Assembly (NCBI GenBank): GCA_946624925.1
Contig: CAMOSO010000027.1
Location: 23,115-87,114 of the forward strand
Direction of reading: 5' to 3'
Origin: an uncultured Bacteroidales bacterium
Lineage (GTDB): Bacteria > Bacteroidota > Bacteroidia > Bacteroidales > UBA3824
Length of the DNA stretch: 64,000 nt
Below the pieces are notes generated by a model. The model searched no databases. It was not told the origin of the DNA and saw only the letters and a list, made by a program, of their open reading frames with translations. Positions 17,792 to 26,592 of the stretch are shown piece by piece. The position numbers were made by a program, and so were the translations under genes. Within the stretch, counting starts at the first letter, position 1. Each line of letters opens with the position of its first letter.

Positions 17792-20660
17792 AAAAGATAA
17801 GTTTCAACGCCATCTCTCCTGTGTGCAACGTGCTGATTTTTGAGGCGCGGAGTTCGTAGAGGAGAGAGAGTTGCAAATATTTGGTTATCAAATAATTAGC
17901 ATTGATGGTAACGACACCATTAATGCCATTATTGAGCCCTTCGAGCATTTGGTACGACGATGCGCCGGTGGTGGCGTGGTCGTCGTACTTATTTTTTATA
18001 ATGCGACTATCGAAGACAATCGACCCCTTACCGTTGCGGGTATAATTTGCGTTGAAATCAATCGAATGAATCCGCGCCGTGGTGGCATCAGTTTTATTTT
18101 TTTTATAACAATTGGACGCGCCAAGCCCCAACGTCCAACCGATAGGAAATTCATATTTAATCTCAACCAAATCTTCGGTGGCGCGGATGCGGTAACACTT
18201 TTCAATGAAATATTCGGAGGAATAATTGCTGGTTTTATAATTGCGATTAATCTTTGATGAAAAGCCGCAAGACAAATTAAATTCCGCAAAAAATCCGCTC
18301 GTTTCATTGTTGTTGTCATCTAATCCATAATAAGTTAACCGATGTTGACGTGCGCCGCTCCAATTGTTGCCAACAAAAAGAAAATCCCAAATTCTGAGTC
18401 GCGAGGTATAATTTTGACGCGAAATTTTGGAAATCAAACTGTCGCCTTTCAACAAATTTTTGCTGCCATCGCGCCGCGCATCTTGACGGCGGAAATCGAT
18501 GTTTGCGGTAATTGTAAAGCGCGCCAAAAACTCCGAAAATTTGCCATCGCCGCCCTTGGGACGCATTATAACATTACAATTCCAATCGTTTTGGATGGTG
18601 TTGATGTACTTGCCGGTGTGTACAAAATACTTTACATAATCCGCGTCAGTTTTATAATAAGAAACCTCAAATTCGTCCAAATCCTCGATGCCGTCGCCGT
18701 CATAATCATTCCAAGCATAATGACCATTGCCGGCTGTGGTGCGGATGTATTTGTAAGCCAATTGTTCCTGATTGCCATTTTCGGATTGTTGAGACGCTGA
18801 TACAATCAATTGATGGTCAAAGAGTTGACAACTTCCATTAATCTTGCCCGTAAGAGAATTTTGGTTGCTATATTCGCCACGGTCTTTGCGGAAAATCTCC
18901 AACATTTGCAACGAAAATTTGTCAGGTTTTGCAAGGGTCAATTCGCCTTTTATAAAGGTGGTGGCATTATTATAATTTCCAAAAAAATCGTCGAAATTTG
19001 TGCGGTCGGTAACTGAAAAATTCACATTACCATTTTTGATTTTTCTCACGGCGAATGCGCTAATATCCCGATAGTTAGGCGTGATGGAATCGTGTCGGCT
19101 GCGGGATTTTTGCGACAACGACGCGCCCAATGCAAGCGAATCTTTTTGGTATTCTGATTTCAATAAAAACGACAAATATTCGTGCCTGATTTCCGATTGA
19201 TTGTCGTTGTAATAATCCGCCGAAATTGTATTATGGATTTTTTTATAATTGTTGACTACCAACAACTGATGCCCAACCCCATCCATCTCGCCGTCAATTT
19301 TTGCAGTCATCAAATTATAATTAACATCTACACAACTACTTACAAACGAGATTTCGCTCGTAGAAAACAATTCTTTGCCGCCCGGATTGTAATTTTGCAA
19401 ATCCCATTTTTCTTGGAAATCGACGTTTTTTTCAGTCATCAACGGTACAAAATTTTTGGAAAAAAACCGCCAATTTGTGTGCGCGGAGAGGGTGCGCGTG
19501 GTGTCATTTTTAATAATAATTTGCTCCAAATCCGCCGTGAAAGCGGTCGCCCGGTCGGTGGTTGCGGATGGTTGCAAACGGTCGGCTGTCAACTTGGAAA
19601 ATGCAGTTTCGAGATTGAAGTTGGTGCGGCTTTTTATATTACCATCAATACCAAAAAATGCGTAATCGCTACGCCGTGGACGCGCCATCGTGGAATCCAC
19701 CGCCGCAGAATCCGCCGCCGCGCCAAGTCCATCATATTCAGACATATAGCCCGCCGAATATCTGACGCCGCGATGTTGGTATCGCCCCTCCGCAAACAGG
19801 AAATAATTGTTGTATTGCGTATCCGAATATTCAAAATCCACCACAATCGACGATTGAGAAGTGATTATGTGCTTGACATTGAAGGTGATACAGCCCGAAT
19901 TATAATCAATTACATAATCATAATCCTCGCCGCGTGTGAGCCTATTGCCATCGAGATACACAATCTCAGTACCTATCAAAACTACGACAGAAGTGGTTGA
20001 GTCATTGCCTGTTAGATAATACGGGCCTTGCGAATTTTCCTGACCAAAAAACTGCTGCCGACGAAATTTGCCCTTCGTTGCCGCAAAATCGGTGTGCGCC
20101 GCGATGGTGTCGCCATTAGAAAAGCCGTTGACGGTAAAAAAATCCAACCCCTTGATTTTCTTGGAGTAACGGACAAGAGCATTGGTATTATTTTCAGCAA
20201 CAATATCGCCCACTGACAGCCTCGTGGAGTCCTTGGACGCGGTGATGCGCACAGATGTCAATTCGTTGATTTGATTGGTGACGCCCTCGTCGTCCATCGG
20301 CATATCAGAATCGAGGATTTCGGCGTTGATGGCAATTCCACCGGAGAGTTTTGCGCCGAGTTTCAGGTCGGCAGTGGTATTGGGCGAGAGGTCGCGACGG
20401 TTGCCACTTGCAAAACTCTGCGACAAATACCCCTCGCTCATCACGCTGTCTGACAAGAAGTTGCGGCGAGGTGGCGCATTATAATCATCATCAACATCTA
20501 CAATACCGCGCACAATCCTTGCCACGTGCGACGGCTCCAACGGCTCCACTATCGCCGACGAATCGCGCAGCCTCACAGTATCGCGCAAAATGATGGTCTG
20601 CGCATTAGCCAAAGCATTGGCTATCAACATAATAACCGCAACAAGGCAAATCCGACGCAT
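17790..20660 (-). CDS. Large hypothetical outer-membrane protein (956 aa)
   Basis: Signal peptide MRRICLVAVIMLIANALANAQ. The sequence is beta-rich and ends ...EMALKLIF. It has an acidic DYDGDGIEDLDEFE calcium-site-like motif. Its start overlaps the stop of the upstream EEP gene (TAATG). Confidence 0.6.
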   Translation of the reverse strand: MRRICLVAVIMLIANALANAQTIILRDTVRLRDSSAIVEPLEPSHVARIVRGIVDVDDDYNAPPRRNFLSDSVMSEGYLSQSFASGNRRDLSPNTTADLKLGAKLSGGIAINAEILDSDMPMDDEGVTNQINELTSVRITASKDSTRLSVGDIVAENNTNALVRYSKKIKGLDFFTVNGFSNGDTIAAHTDFAATKGKFRRQQFFGQENSQGPYYLTGNDSTTSVVVLIGTEIVYLDGNRLTRGEDYDYVIDYNSGCITFNVKHIITSQSSIVVDFEYSDTQYNNYFLFAEGRYQHRGVRYSAGYMSEYDGLGAAADSAAVDSTMARPRRSDYAFFGIDGNIKSRTNFNLETAFSKLTADRLQPSATTDRATAFTADLEQIIIKNDTTRTLSAHTNWRFFSKNFVPLMTEKNVDFQEKWDLQNYNPGGKELFSTSEISFVSSCVDVNYNLMTAKIDGEMDGVGHQLLVVNNYKKIHNTISADYYNDNQSEIRHEYLSFLLKSEYQKDSLALGASLSQKSRSRHDSITPNYRDISAFAVRKIKNGNVNFSVTDRTNFDDFFGNYNNATTFIKGELTLAKPDKFSLQMLEIFRKDRGEYSNQNSLTGKINGSCQLFDHQLIVSASQQSENGNQEQLAYKYIRTTAGNGHYAWNDYDGDGIEDLDEFEVSYYKTDADYVKYFVHTGKYINTIQNDWNCNVIMRPKGGDGKFSEFLARFTITANIDFRRQDARRDGSKNLLKGDSLISKISRQNYTSRLRIWDFLFVGNNWSGARQHRLTYYGLDDNNNETSGFFAEFNLSCGFSSKINRNYKTSNYSSEYFIEKCYRIRATEDLVEIKYEFPIGWTLGLGASNCYKKNKTDATTARIHSIDFNANYTRNGKGSIVFDSRIIKNKYDDHATTGASSYQMLEGLNNGINGVVTINANYLITKYLQLSLLYELRASKISTLHTGEMALKLIF

Positions 20661-21703
20661 TAGTGGTAATATTTGCCTTTCGGTTGTACTTTTTTGTTGT
20701 CAACGTTCAATTCTATCGTACAAGTTACGATGCCGTGATCCGACTTGCATTTGTCTTGCTTGTCGTTGGTGAAAGTCTGGTCGATGAGGTGGTCGTTATA
20801 GACGCAAACCTGCCCCACACGCCCCTGATTGCGGGGATTTTCGGTTACGAGTTCCTGGCTCACCATTATGTGGTCGAGGCTTTCGTACATTCCGTTGTGA
20901 ATGTGCGTGTAATAAAAATCCTGATAACTGCGCCGCGCCTGGATGTCCTTGACGTGGTACAAAAGCACGTCCCAAACGCTCTGTTTTTTGGCGTCAGGGA
21001 GCTTGTGCTCAGGCACTTCGCCGGAGATAATGCGCGTAGTTACCGAATTGCCGGTATCATTGACATCGCCAAATACCACGACGGGGCGGGTCTTGCCTCG
21101 CATACTCTTCATCAACAACGCCCTCACCGCTGCGGATTCGGCGGCACGGAGCATCAACGAGCGTACCTGTGCGCGGGCAAGGTCGATGGGATTGCTATCG
21201 GATTCGCCGTCGTAAAATATTGGACGCTTGGATTTTAGGTGTACTACGTAGAATGTAACCAATCCAAACGGCTTGATGCGCACGTCGGCTTTCAGCACCG
21301 GGCGCGTAAACGAATCGAAGGGCAGATATATCTTTTCGTAGGCGTCCCGAGGCTTGAAGTAGATGACGGATTCGGGCGGAAAACGGTCGAATACTTCAAG
21401 GTTTTCTATCGGGTATTTTGAGAGCAACGCCACACGCGGCTGGTCGCCCACCTCGTCCGCTATCACAATCTCCGCATCGCGGTAACGCTTGCTATTGTTG
21501 ATGATGGTTTTGAGTGCCTGCTTGTGAAAACACTCCTGAAAACCAATGACATCCGCGTTCATCTGGTTGAGCATAAAATTGACCCACGCCGCCTTCCTAT
21601 TGAACTCCTCCTGCGTAAACTTAAAGCCGCCATACACCTCGCGGTTTGGCAGCATCAGGTTCATAAGGTTGAACGTGCCTACTTTAATCGTTTTGACATC
21701 CAT
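20660..21703 (-). CDS. Endonuclease/exonuclease/phosphatase (EEP) family protein
   Basis: MDVKTIKVGTFNLMNL...VIGFQE...VVFGDVND...SDHGIV are EEP-fold motifs. The track start at 21802 adds an AT-rich, promoter-like extension, so I prefer the ATG at 21703. Confidence 0.75.
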   Translation of the reverse strand: MDVKTIKVGTFNLMNLMLPNREVYGGFKFTQEEFNRKAAWVNFMLNQMNADVIGFQECFHKQALKTIINNSKRYRDAEIVIADEVGDQPRVALLSKYPIENLEVFDRFPPESVIYFKPRDAYEKIYLPFDSFTRPVLKADVRIKPFGLVTFYVVHLKSKRPIFYDGESDSNPIDLARAQVRSLMLRAAESAAVRALLMKSMRGKTRPVVVFGDVNDTGNSVTTRIISGEVPEHKLPDAKKQSVWDVLLYHVKDIQARRSYQDFYYTHIHNGMYESLDHIMVSQELVTENPRNQGRVGQVCVYNDHLIDQTFTNDKQDKCKSDHGIVTCTIELNVDNKKVQPKGKYYH

Positions 21704-21898
21704 ATTATTGAGTTTTGGTTTGTACTGGCGAAAATAGGGCAAATTTTTGTCCAAAACAATATTTTGCACGAAAAAAATCAGATTTAACGTATTTTTTTTC
21801 AATTGTAAAACTAATTAAAAAAAATGTGCGATAAAATTTAGCATATTAAAATTTTGACTTCAAAACCCTTACGCCAATCAATGTAAAGCGGGGCGGAC

Positions 21899-21912
21899 AA
21901 AAAAAAAAAAAA
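21899..21912. repeat. A14 homopolymer in the divergent intergenic region upstream of the CPS promoter
   Basis: I counted 14 consecutive A residues, ending 26 nt before the -7 box. Confidence 0.9.
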
Positions 21913-21938
21913 CGGTTGACTTTTTTAGAAATTGTATT

Positions 21939-21946
21939 TACCTTTG
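21939..21946 (+). promoter_or_regulatory. Bacteroides-type -7 box TACCTTTG: candidate CPS-locus promoter
   Basis: TAccTTTG is an exact fit to TAnnTTTG. It lies about 70 nt upstream of the upxY ATG at 22019. Confidence 0.5.
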
Positions 21947-22018
21947 CAGCGGCAAAAAGGATGATGGAGTTTTCCATCGCCAATTCTTTTGGCCGGCAAT
22001 CAAATTTTTCATCAAAGA

Positions 22019-22714
22019 ATGGCAGATTTGACCCTACAGCATAACGGCACGTCCGACAGTACGGCATCGAAGAAAAATGTCCGCGCAAATTCCGAAAGAG
22101 AGAACGACAATTTCGGGAAGTCGGTTAGGTTTACACTCTTGCCAAACGAAAAATACTGGTTTCCAATTCGCGCCACGCACCATCGCGCCCAGAAGATTTA
22201 TGACAAACTCGTAGCCATCAACAACAAAAATCTCGAACTTTATCTGCCCACAGTAAGGCACATCGAATATTCCAACGAAGATTTCAACAACCCCACACAA
22301 TATATCAAGGACAAGCCGCTTGACAGCAGTTTGCTGTTTCTCCGCAGCACGTTGAACGACTTCCGCTCCTTGCTGCAATATCAGGCTCTATTCCCTGGAA
22401 TGACGCCTTATTACAATCATTTTTCAATCAATTCATACGGCACCAACGATTTTCTCACCGTGCCCGACCGTCAGATGCAGAGTTTCCGCATCATCATCGA
22501 ATCCGGCAACGAAAACATCATCGTCCGCCAAAATGAAGTACCAACTTTGATTTCTGGCGACCACGTAGTCGTAATCGGCGGGCCTTTCGCGGGAGTCGAG
22601 GGCATCGTGATGAAATACAAGCATCAGAAGAGGGTGTTCGTGGAATTGCAAGGTATCGGGAGATATGCGACGGCGTATGTGCCGGGGGCGTGGATAAGGA
22701 GAGTGAATGGGTGA
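22019..22714 (+). CDS. UpxY-family (NusG-like) transcription antiterminator
   Basis: An NGN-like core (KYWFPIRATHHRAQKIYDKL...LELYLPTV) and a C-terminal KOW (GDHVVVIGGPFAGVEGIVMKYKHQKRVFVEL). It is the first gene of a polysaccharide locus. The track start at 21989 is a TTG; an ATG lies at 22019. Confidence 0.8.
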   Translation: MADLTLQHNGTSDSTASKKNVRANSERENDNFGKSVRFTLLPNEKYWFPIRATHHRAQKIYDKLVAINNKNLELYLPTVRHIEYSNEDFNNPTQYIKDKPLDSSLLFLRSTLNDFRSLLQYQALFPGMTPYYNHFSINSYGTNDFLTVPDRQMQSFRIIIESGNENIIVRQNEVPTLISGDHVVVIGGPFAGVEGIVMKYKHQKRVFVELQGIGRYATAYVPGAWIRRVNG

Positions 22715-22785
22715 TGCATAATTACCATCTGGCGGAAAAAAATCATTTTTTTGAGTAAAAATTTGGTGAGAAGATAATTAATTTT

Positions 22786-22793
22786 TATCTTTG
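22786..22793 (+). promoter_or_regulatory. Internal -7 box TATCTTTG in front of the two unknown genes
   Basis: TAtcTTTG lies 17 nt before the ATG at 22811, and a TTTG occurs about 20 nt further upstream (22762-22765). Confidence 0.45.
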
Positions 22794-22810
22794 GCTCAAA
22801 ATTGAATAAT

Positions 22811-23296
22811 ATGCAACAGACCGTAACCAAAATAAAGACAATACAGCCGACGAGAGACAAGTCGTACACCTTTGCAGACGTGATGACATATCTGCACGGG
22901 ATTAATATATCCCGAGAAGACAAGAAGTCTGTTGGGCGTCAGTTGATTTTTGAAGCGGAAAACGAAAATAAAGCCAAAGTCCTTAATCGCTTGGAACATT
23001 TGTCCACACTTGCATACGATTGGGATGGATATGGTGCGTTGCCTATTTCTAATGTTGTAATTGACAATCTGAAAAAAACAGTTGATTCGTCGCGAGACGA
23101 AGACTGGGATGCGTGGACGATTTCGCCTGAAACCAATGGTGCCTTGGGCTTACAATCGAAATACCGCACATCTTCAATAAGTATCGGAGCCTATGAATTT
23201 TCATATTATAGTTTTACTTCCGAGAATGAGGTTGGGGAGAACAATATTCCGTTTACAGCCAAAAGATTGTTGAACATAATGCGCAAAATAGGATGA
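22811..23296 (+). CDS. Hypothetical protein (161 aa), first gene of an overlapping pair; occupies the position where an UpxZ-type gene is expected
   Basis: ATG at 22811 (the track start at 22802 is a TTG). I recognise no family. The conserved-looking core is LSTLAYDWDGYGALPIS. The stop overlaps the next start (ATGA). Confidence 0.55.
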   Translation: MQQTVTKIKTIQPTRDKSYTFADVMTYLHGINISREDKKSVGRQLIFEAENENKAKVLNRLEHLSTLAYDWDGYGALPISNVVIDNLKKTVDSSRDEDWDAWTISPETNGALGLQSKYRTSSISIGAYEFSYYSFTSENEVGENNIPFTAKRLLNIMRKIG

Positions 23297-23790
23297 GCGA
23301 TTTGATGTTAATAGATTCAAAAGAATCCATTGCCCGATTGCTCAATCAAGAGTGGATTGTGAGTGGTGTTTTGCAACAGACGGCTTTTCAACTCAGACCT
23401 GGCGAAACTTACTTGTCTGTTAACAGACCCTCAATCGAATCATACGATTCCGATGTTGCCGAGTTTATTAAGGAACATCCCAATTTTAAAACAGAACAAG
23501 GAAACAATACTTATTGTCGTGCATTGATGAATGTTGGCGAGGTTCGAGGGATGGAATTATCCTTCAAAGGAAATAGACTTAATGTAAATGTTGAAGTGGA
23601 ACCCCGTGCATCCCATACAAAATCTCATGCAGGTATTTTTGCGCGTTTCCATGGAAAAAACATTAAAGGAGGACAAAATTTCTTGACTGATACTAACTAC
23701 GATGAACCCATCTCAGTTCCTGATATTCTGCAAAAAATGCGCTGGCAATTGTTGCACCTTTCTCATGTGGAAATGTGCGATATAAAATAA
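23293..23790 (+). CDS. Hypothetical protein (165 aa), second gene of the overlapping pair
   Basis: It has a 4-nt ATGA overlap with the upstream gene. I recognise no family. Motifs are ETYLSVNRPS, ALMNVGEVRG and NVEVEPRASHTKSHAGIF. Confidence 0.55.
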   Translation: MSDLMLIDSKESIARLLNQEWIVSGVLQQTAFQLRPGETYLSVNRPSIESYDSDVAEFIKEHPNFKTEQGNNTYCRALMNVGEVRGMELSFKGNRLNVNVEVEPRASHTKSHAGIFARFHGKNIKGGQNFLTDTNYDEPISVPDILQKMRWQLLHLSHVEMCDIK

Positions 23791-23798
23791 TAATTCAA

Positions 23799-25331
23799 AT
23801 GCCGACGGCTTCCAATACTTCGCGAATAGCGAAAAATACATTGTTGCTATATTTCCGTATGCTCCTGACGATGGGAGTGTCGCTGTACACAAGCCGCGTC
23901 ATCCTCAATGCCCTCGGAATAGAAGACTACGGAATTTATAACGTTGTCGGCGGAGTAGTGGCGATGTTCGGAATATTGAGCGGCTCGCTGTCGGCTGCAA
24001 TAAGCAGATTCATAACATTTGAACTCGGCAAGGGTGATTTAGACAAACTTAAAAGAATATTTTGCACCTCGGTAAACATCCAAGTAATTCTAATTGCGAT
24101 AATTACCATATTGATGGAAACCATCGGCATTTGGTTCCTTAACAACAAAATGGTGATTCCTGAAGAAAGGCTTGCCGCCGCAAATTGGGTGTTTCAATTT
24201 TCAGTGGTCACATTTGCGCTTAACCTTCTGAGTGTCCCTTACAATGCCGTCATCATCGCACACGAAAAAATGTCGGCGTTTGCATATATCAGCATTATTG
24301 ACTGTACATTAAAGTTAATCGTCGCATTTATAATCGCTTACAACCCTTTCGATAAACTCGTTTACTATGGGCTTTTGATAATGATTGTCGGAGCCATCAA
24401 TCGCTCGATATATGCGATTTACTGCAAAAGGCATTTCGAGGAAGCGACGTATAGAATGATTTTCGACAAGGGGTTGATGAAGGATATGTTTGGATTTGCG
24501 GGGTGGAATTTTATTGGGGCGTCGTCAAGCATTTTAAGAGATCAGGGAGGAAATCTATTGTTGAATTTATTTTTCGGAACGACGGTTAACGCAGCAAGAG
24601 GAGTTGCAATGCAAGTGTGTGGAGCTGTCCAGAGTTTTGTGAATAGTTTTATGACGGCCGTCAATCCGCAAATCACCAAATCTTACGCATCCGGTGATTG
24701 GGATTATATGATGAAATTAGTTTTTCAAAGTGCTAAATTCTCATTTTTTATAATGTTATTCATTTCGTTGCCCATAATGATAACAACGCCCTATTTGCTT
24801 GGACTCTGGCTAATACAAGTTCCTGATTATACAGTTAATTTCATTAGACTTGTTTTGGCTTTCGTAATGTTAGAAAGTATGGCAATACCTCTTATAACTG
24901 TTATGTTGGCAACTGGTAAGATTCGTAATTATCAGATAGTTGTAGGAGGCTTACAAATGATGAACTTCCCGATAACTTACCTATGCTATAAAATGGGTGC
25001 AACAGCTGAAAGTGTTTTTATTGTCGCAATAATAATATCGGTAGTATGTGAAATTTCCAGACTTGTTATGTTGAAAAAAATGGTTGATTTGCCGATGACA
25101 GATTTCTTGAAAAATGTTTATTTCAGGGTGTTATTGGTGGCGGGAGTTTCGGCTGTATTTCCGATTTTTTTGAAAGGATATTTGCAAGATAATTTCACTT
25201 CGTTTTTGATCCTATCGTCCTTGTCAGTAATATGTGTCGCATTATTTTCATATACTATTGGTTGTACAAATCACGACAAAGAATTTCTAAGGACGCAATT
25301 CCAGAAGGCAAAAAATAAAATATTTAAATGA
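23799..25331 (+). CDS. wzx: Polysaccharide flippase (Wzx / MOP superfamily)
   Basis: A multi-TM protein with the N-terminus IAKNTLLLYFRMLLTMGVSLYTSRVILNALGIEDYGIYNVVGG, typical of Bacteroides O-unit flippases. I prefer the ATG at 23799, which lies after the preceding stop. Confidence 0.8.
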   Translation: MPTASNTSRIAKNTLLLYFRMLLTMGVSLYTSRVILNALGIEDYGIYNVVGGVVAMFGILSGSLSAAISRFITFELGKGDLDKLKRIFCTSVNIQVILIAIITILMETIGIWFLNNKMVIPEERLAAANWVFQFSVVTFALNLLSVPYNAVIIAHEKMSAFAYISIIDCTLKLIVAFIIAYNPFDKLVYYGLLIMIVGAINRSIYAIYCKRHFEEATYRMIFDKGLMKDMFGFAGWNFIGASSSILRDQGGNLLLNLFFGTTVNAARGVAMQVCGAVQSFVNSFMTAVNPQITKSYASGDWDYMMKLVFQSAKFSFFIMLFISLPIMITTPYLLGLWLIQVPDYTVNFIRLVLAFVMLESMAIPLITVMLATGKIRNYQIVVGGLQMMNFPITYLCYKMGATAESVFIVAIIISVVCEISRLVMLKKMVDLPMTDFLKNVYFRVLLVAGVSAVFPIFLKGYLQDNFTSFLILSSLSVICVALFSYTIGCTNHDKEFLRTQFQKAKNKIFK

Positions 25332-26497
25332 TTAACATTTCCGACAAAACTAATTGTTGTGGTTGTACGGCATGCAAAAGTATTTGTACGCATCAAGCGA
25401 TAACAATGAAACCTGACGAGCAAGGGTTCTTGTATCCCTGCATTAATATAGACAAATGTACTAATTGCGGTCTATGTGAGAAGGTGTGCCCAATAACAAA
25501 CAATGACAAGAGGAATGCGTCGTACCAAACTATTTATGCCGCGAGAACAAAACAAGATGATGTCCTTATGCGGAGTTCTAGCGGTGGTATGTTTTATACT
25601 CTCGCCTCTTATGTGGTTGCAGAACTAAAAGGAATTGTAATAGGCGTGAAATATGACGAGAATATGGTCGTCAAACATGCTGTTGCTGACACATTGGATG
25701 GGTTAAAATGTTTTCATGGGTCCAAATATGTACAAAGTCATATCGAAGGAATATTTGAAATTACAAAAAGATATTTAGAAGACAAAAGATATGTATTATT
25801 CACTGGCACACCCTGTCAAGTACACGCATTAAAACTATTTTTAAAAAAAGAATATGAGAATTTACTGACAATGGATTTGATATGTCACAGTGTGCCAAGT
25901 CCTCTAATTTTCAAGGAATATGTTAATTTTGTAGAACAAAAAGTACACAAAAAACTCGTATCGATAGATATGAGAAATAAAAAGAAAGGATGGAGCCACG
26001 CATTTTATTATTATTATTATTTTGCTGATGGAACATCCTTGGGAGACGACAAACTTGGAGTTGCACATTGGGGCAAATTGTTTTTTTCAGGATTGATTAC
26101 TCGACCTTCTTGCAATCAATGTCGTTTCACAAATTTGCGAAGGACAGGAGACATTACGGTTGCTGATTATTGGGATGATTCCAACAAAAGACCTGACACT
26201 TATTCCAACAAAGGTACATCTCTTGTCATAATCAATACTCAGAAGGGAAGGGAAATTTATGACACAATAAAAACAAATGTTGATTTTTGGGTATTAACTG
26301 AATCAGAGGCAATGCAGCCTTGCTTGCAACATCCACATGCCGCGAATCCCAAACGAGAACTTTTTTGGACATTCTATAATAAGCACGGATTTAGTAAGTC
26401 ATATAAAAAGTTTTTTACTACACCTTGGTATTCGAAAGGATACAAATTATTCAAAAAGTGTGCAGGCGTGATAATAAGGAAATGTGGATTAAAATGA
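25328..26497 (+). CDS. FrhB/FdhB-like (coenzyme F420 hydrogenase beta-subunit family) 4Fe-4S protein, copy 1
   Basis: Two ferredoxin-type Cys clusters (CCGCTACKSIC...CTNCGLCEKVCP). The protein family commonly accompanies pyruvyl transferases. Confidence 0.75.
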   Translation: MINISDKTNCCGCTACKSICTHQAITMKPDEQGFLYPCINIDKCTNCGLCEKVCPITNNDKRNASYQTIYAARTKQDDVLMRSSSGGMFYTLASYVVAELKGIVIGVKYDENMVVKHAVADTLDGLKCFHGSKYVQSHIEGIFEITKRYLEDKRYVLFTGTPCQVHALKLFLKKEYENLLTMDLICHSVPSPLIFKEYVNFVEQKVHKKLVSIDMRNKKKGWSHAFYYYYYFADGTSLGDDKLGVAHWGKLFFSGLITRPSCNQCRFTNLRRTGDITVADYWDDSNKRPDTYSNKGTSLVIINTQKGREIYDTIKTNVDFWVLTESEAMQPCLQHPHAANPKRELFWTFYNKHGFSKSYKKFFTTPWYSKGYKLFKKCAGVIIRKCGLK

Positions 26498-26592
26498 AAA
26501 ACGGAACATTGGAAAATCACTCTGTAGCAAATTTCAAAGTGAAATTGCAGACGCCAACTATCCCGAACAAAAAAAGTTAAGGATTATCTGAT

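Noticed and set aside
21800-22020. Invertible (phase-variable) capsule promoter flanked by inverted repeats, as in Bacteroides fragilis
   Set aside because: I could not find a pair of inverted repeats bracketing the TACCTTTG box, and no recombinase gene is nearby. Only the A14 tract is unusual.
26494-26580. 28-codon ORF (MKNGTLENHSVANFKVKLQTPTIPNKKS) in the gap after the first FrhB-like gene
   Set aside because: It is very short, has no distinctive features and overlaps the preceding stop codon. It is probably spacer sequence or a degraded gene end.
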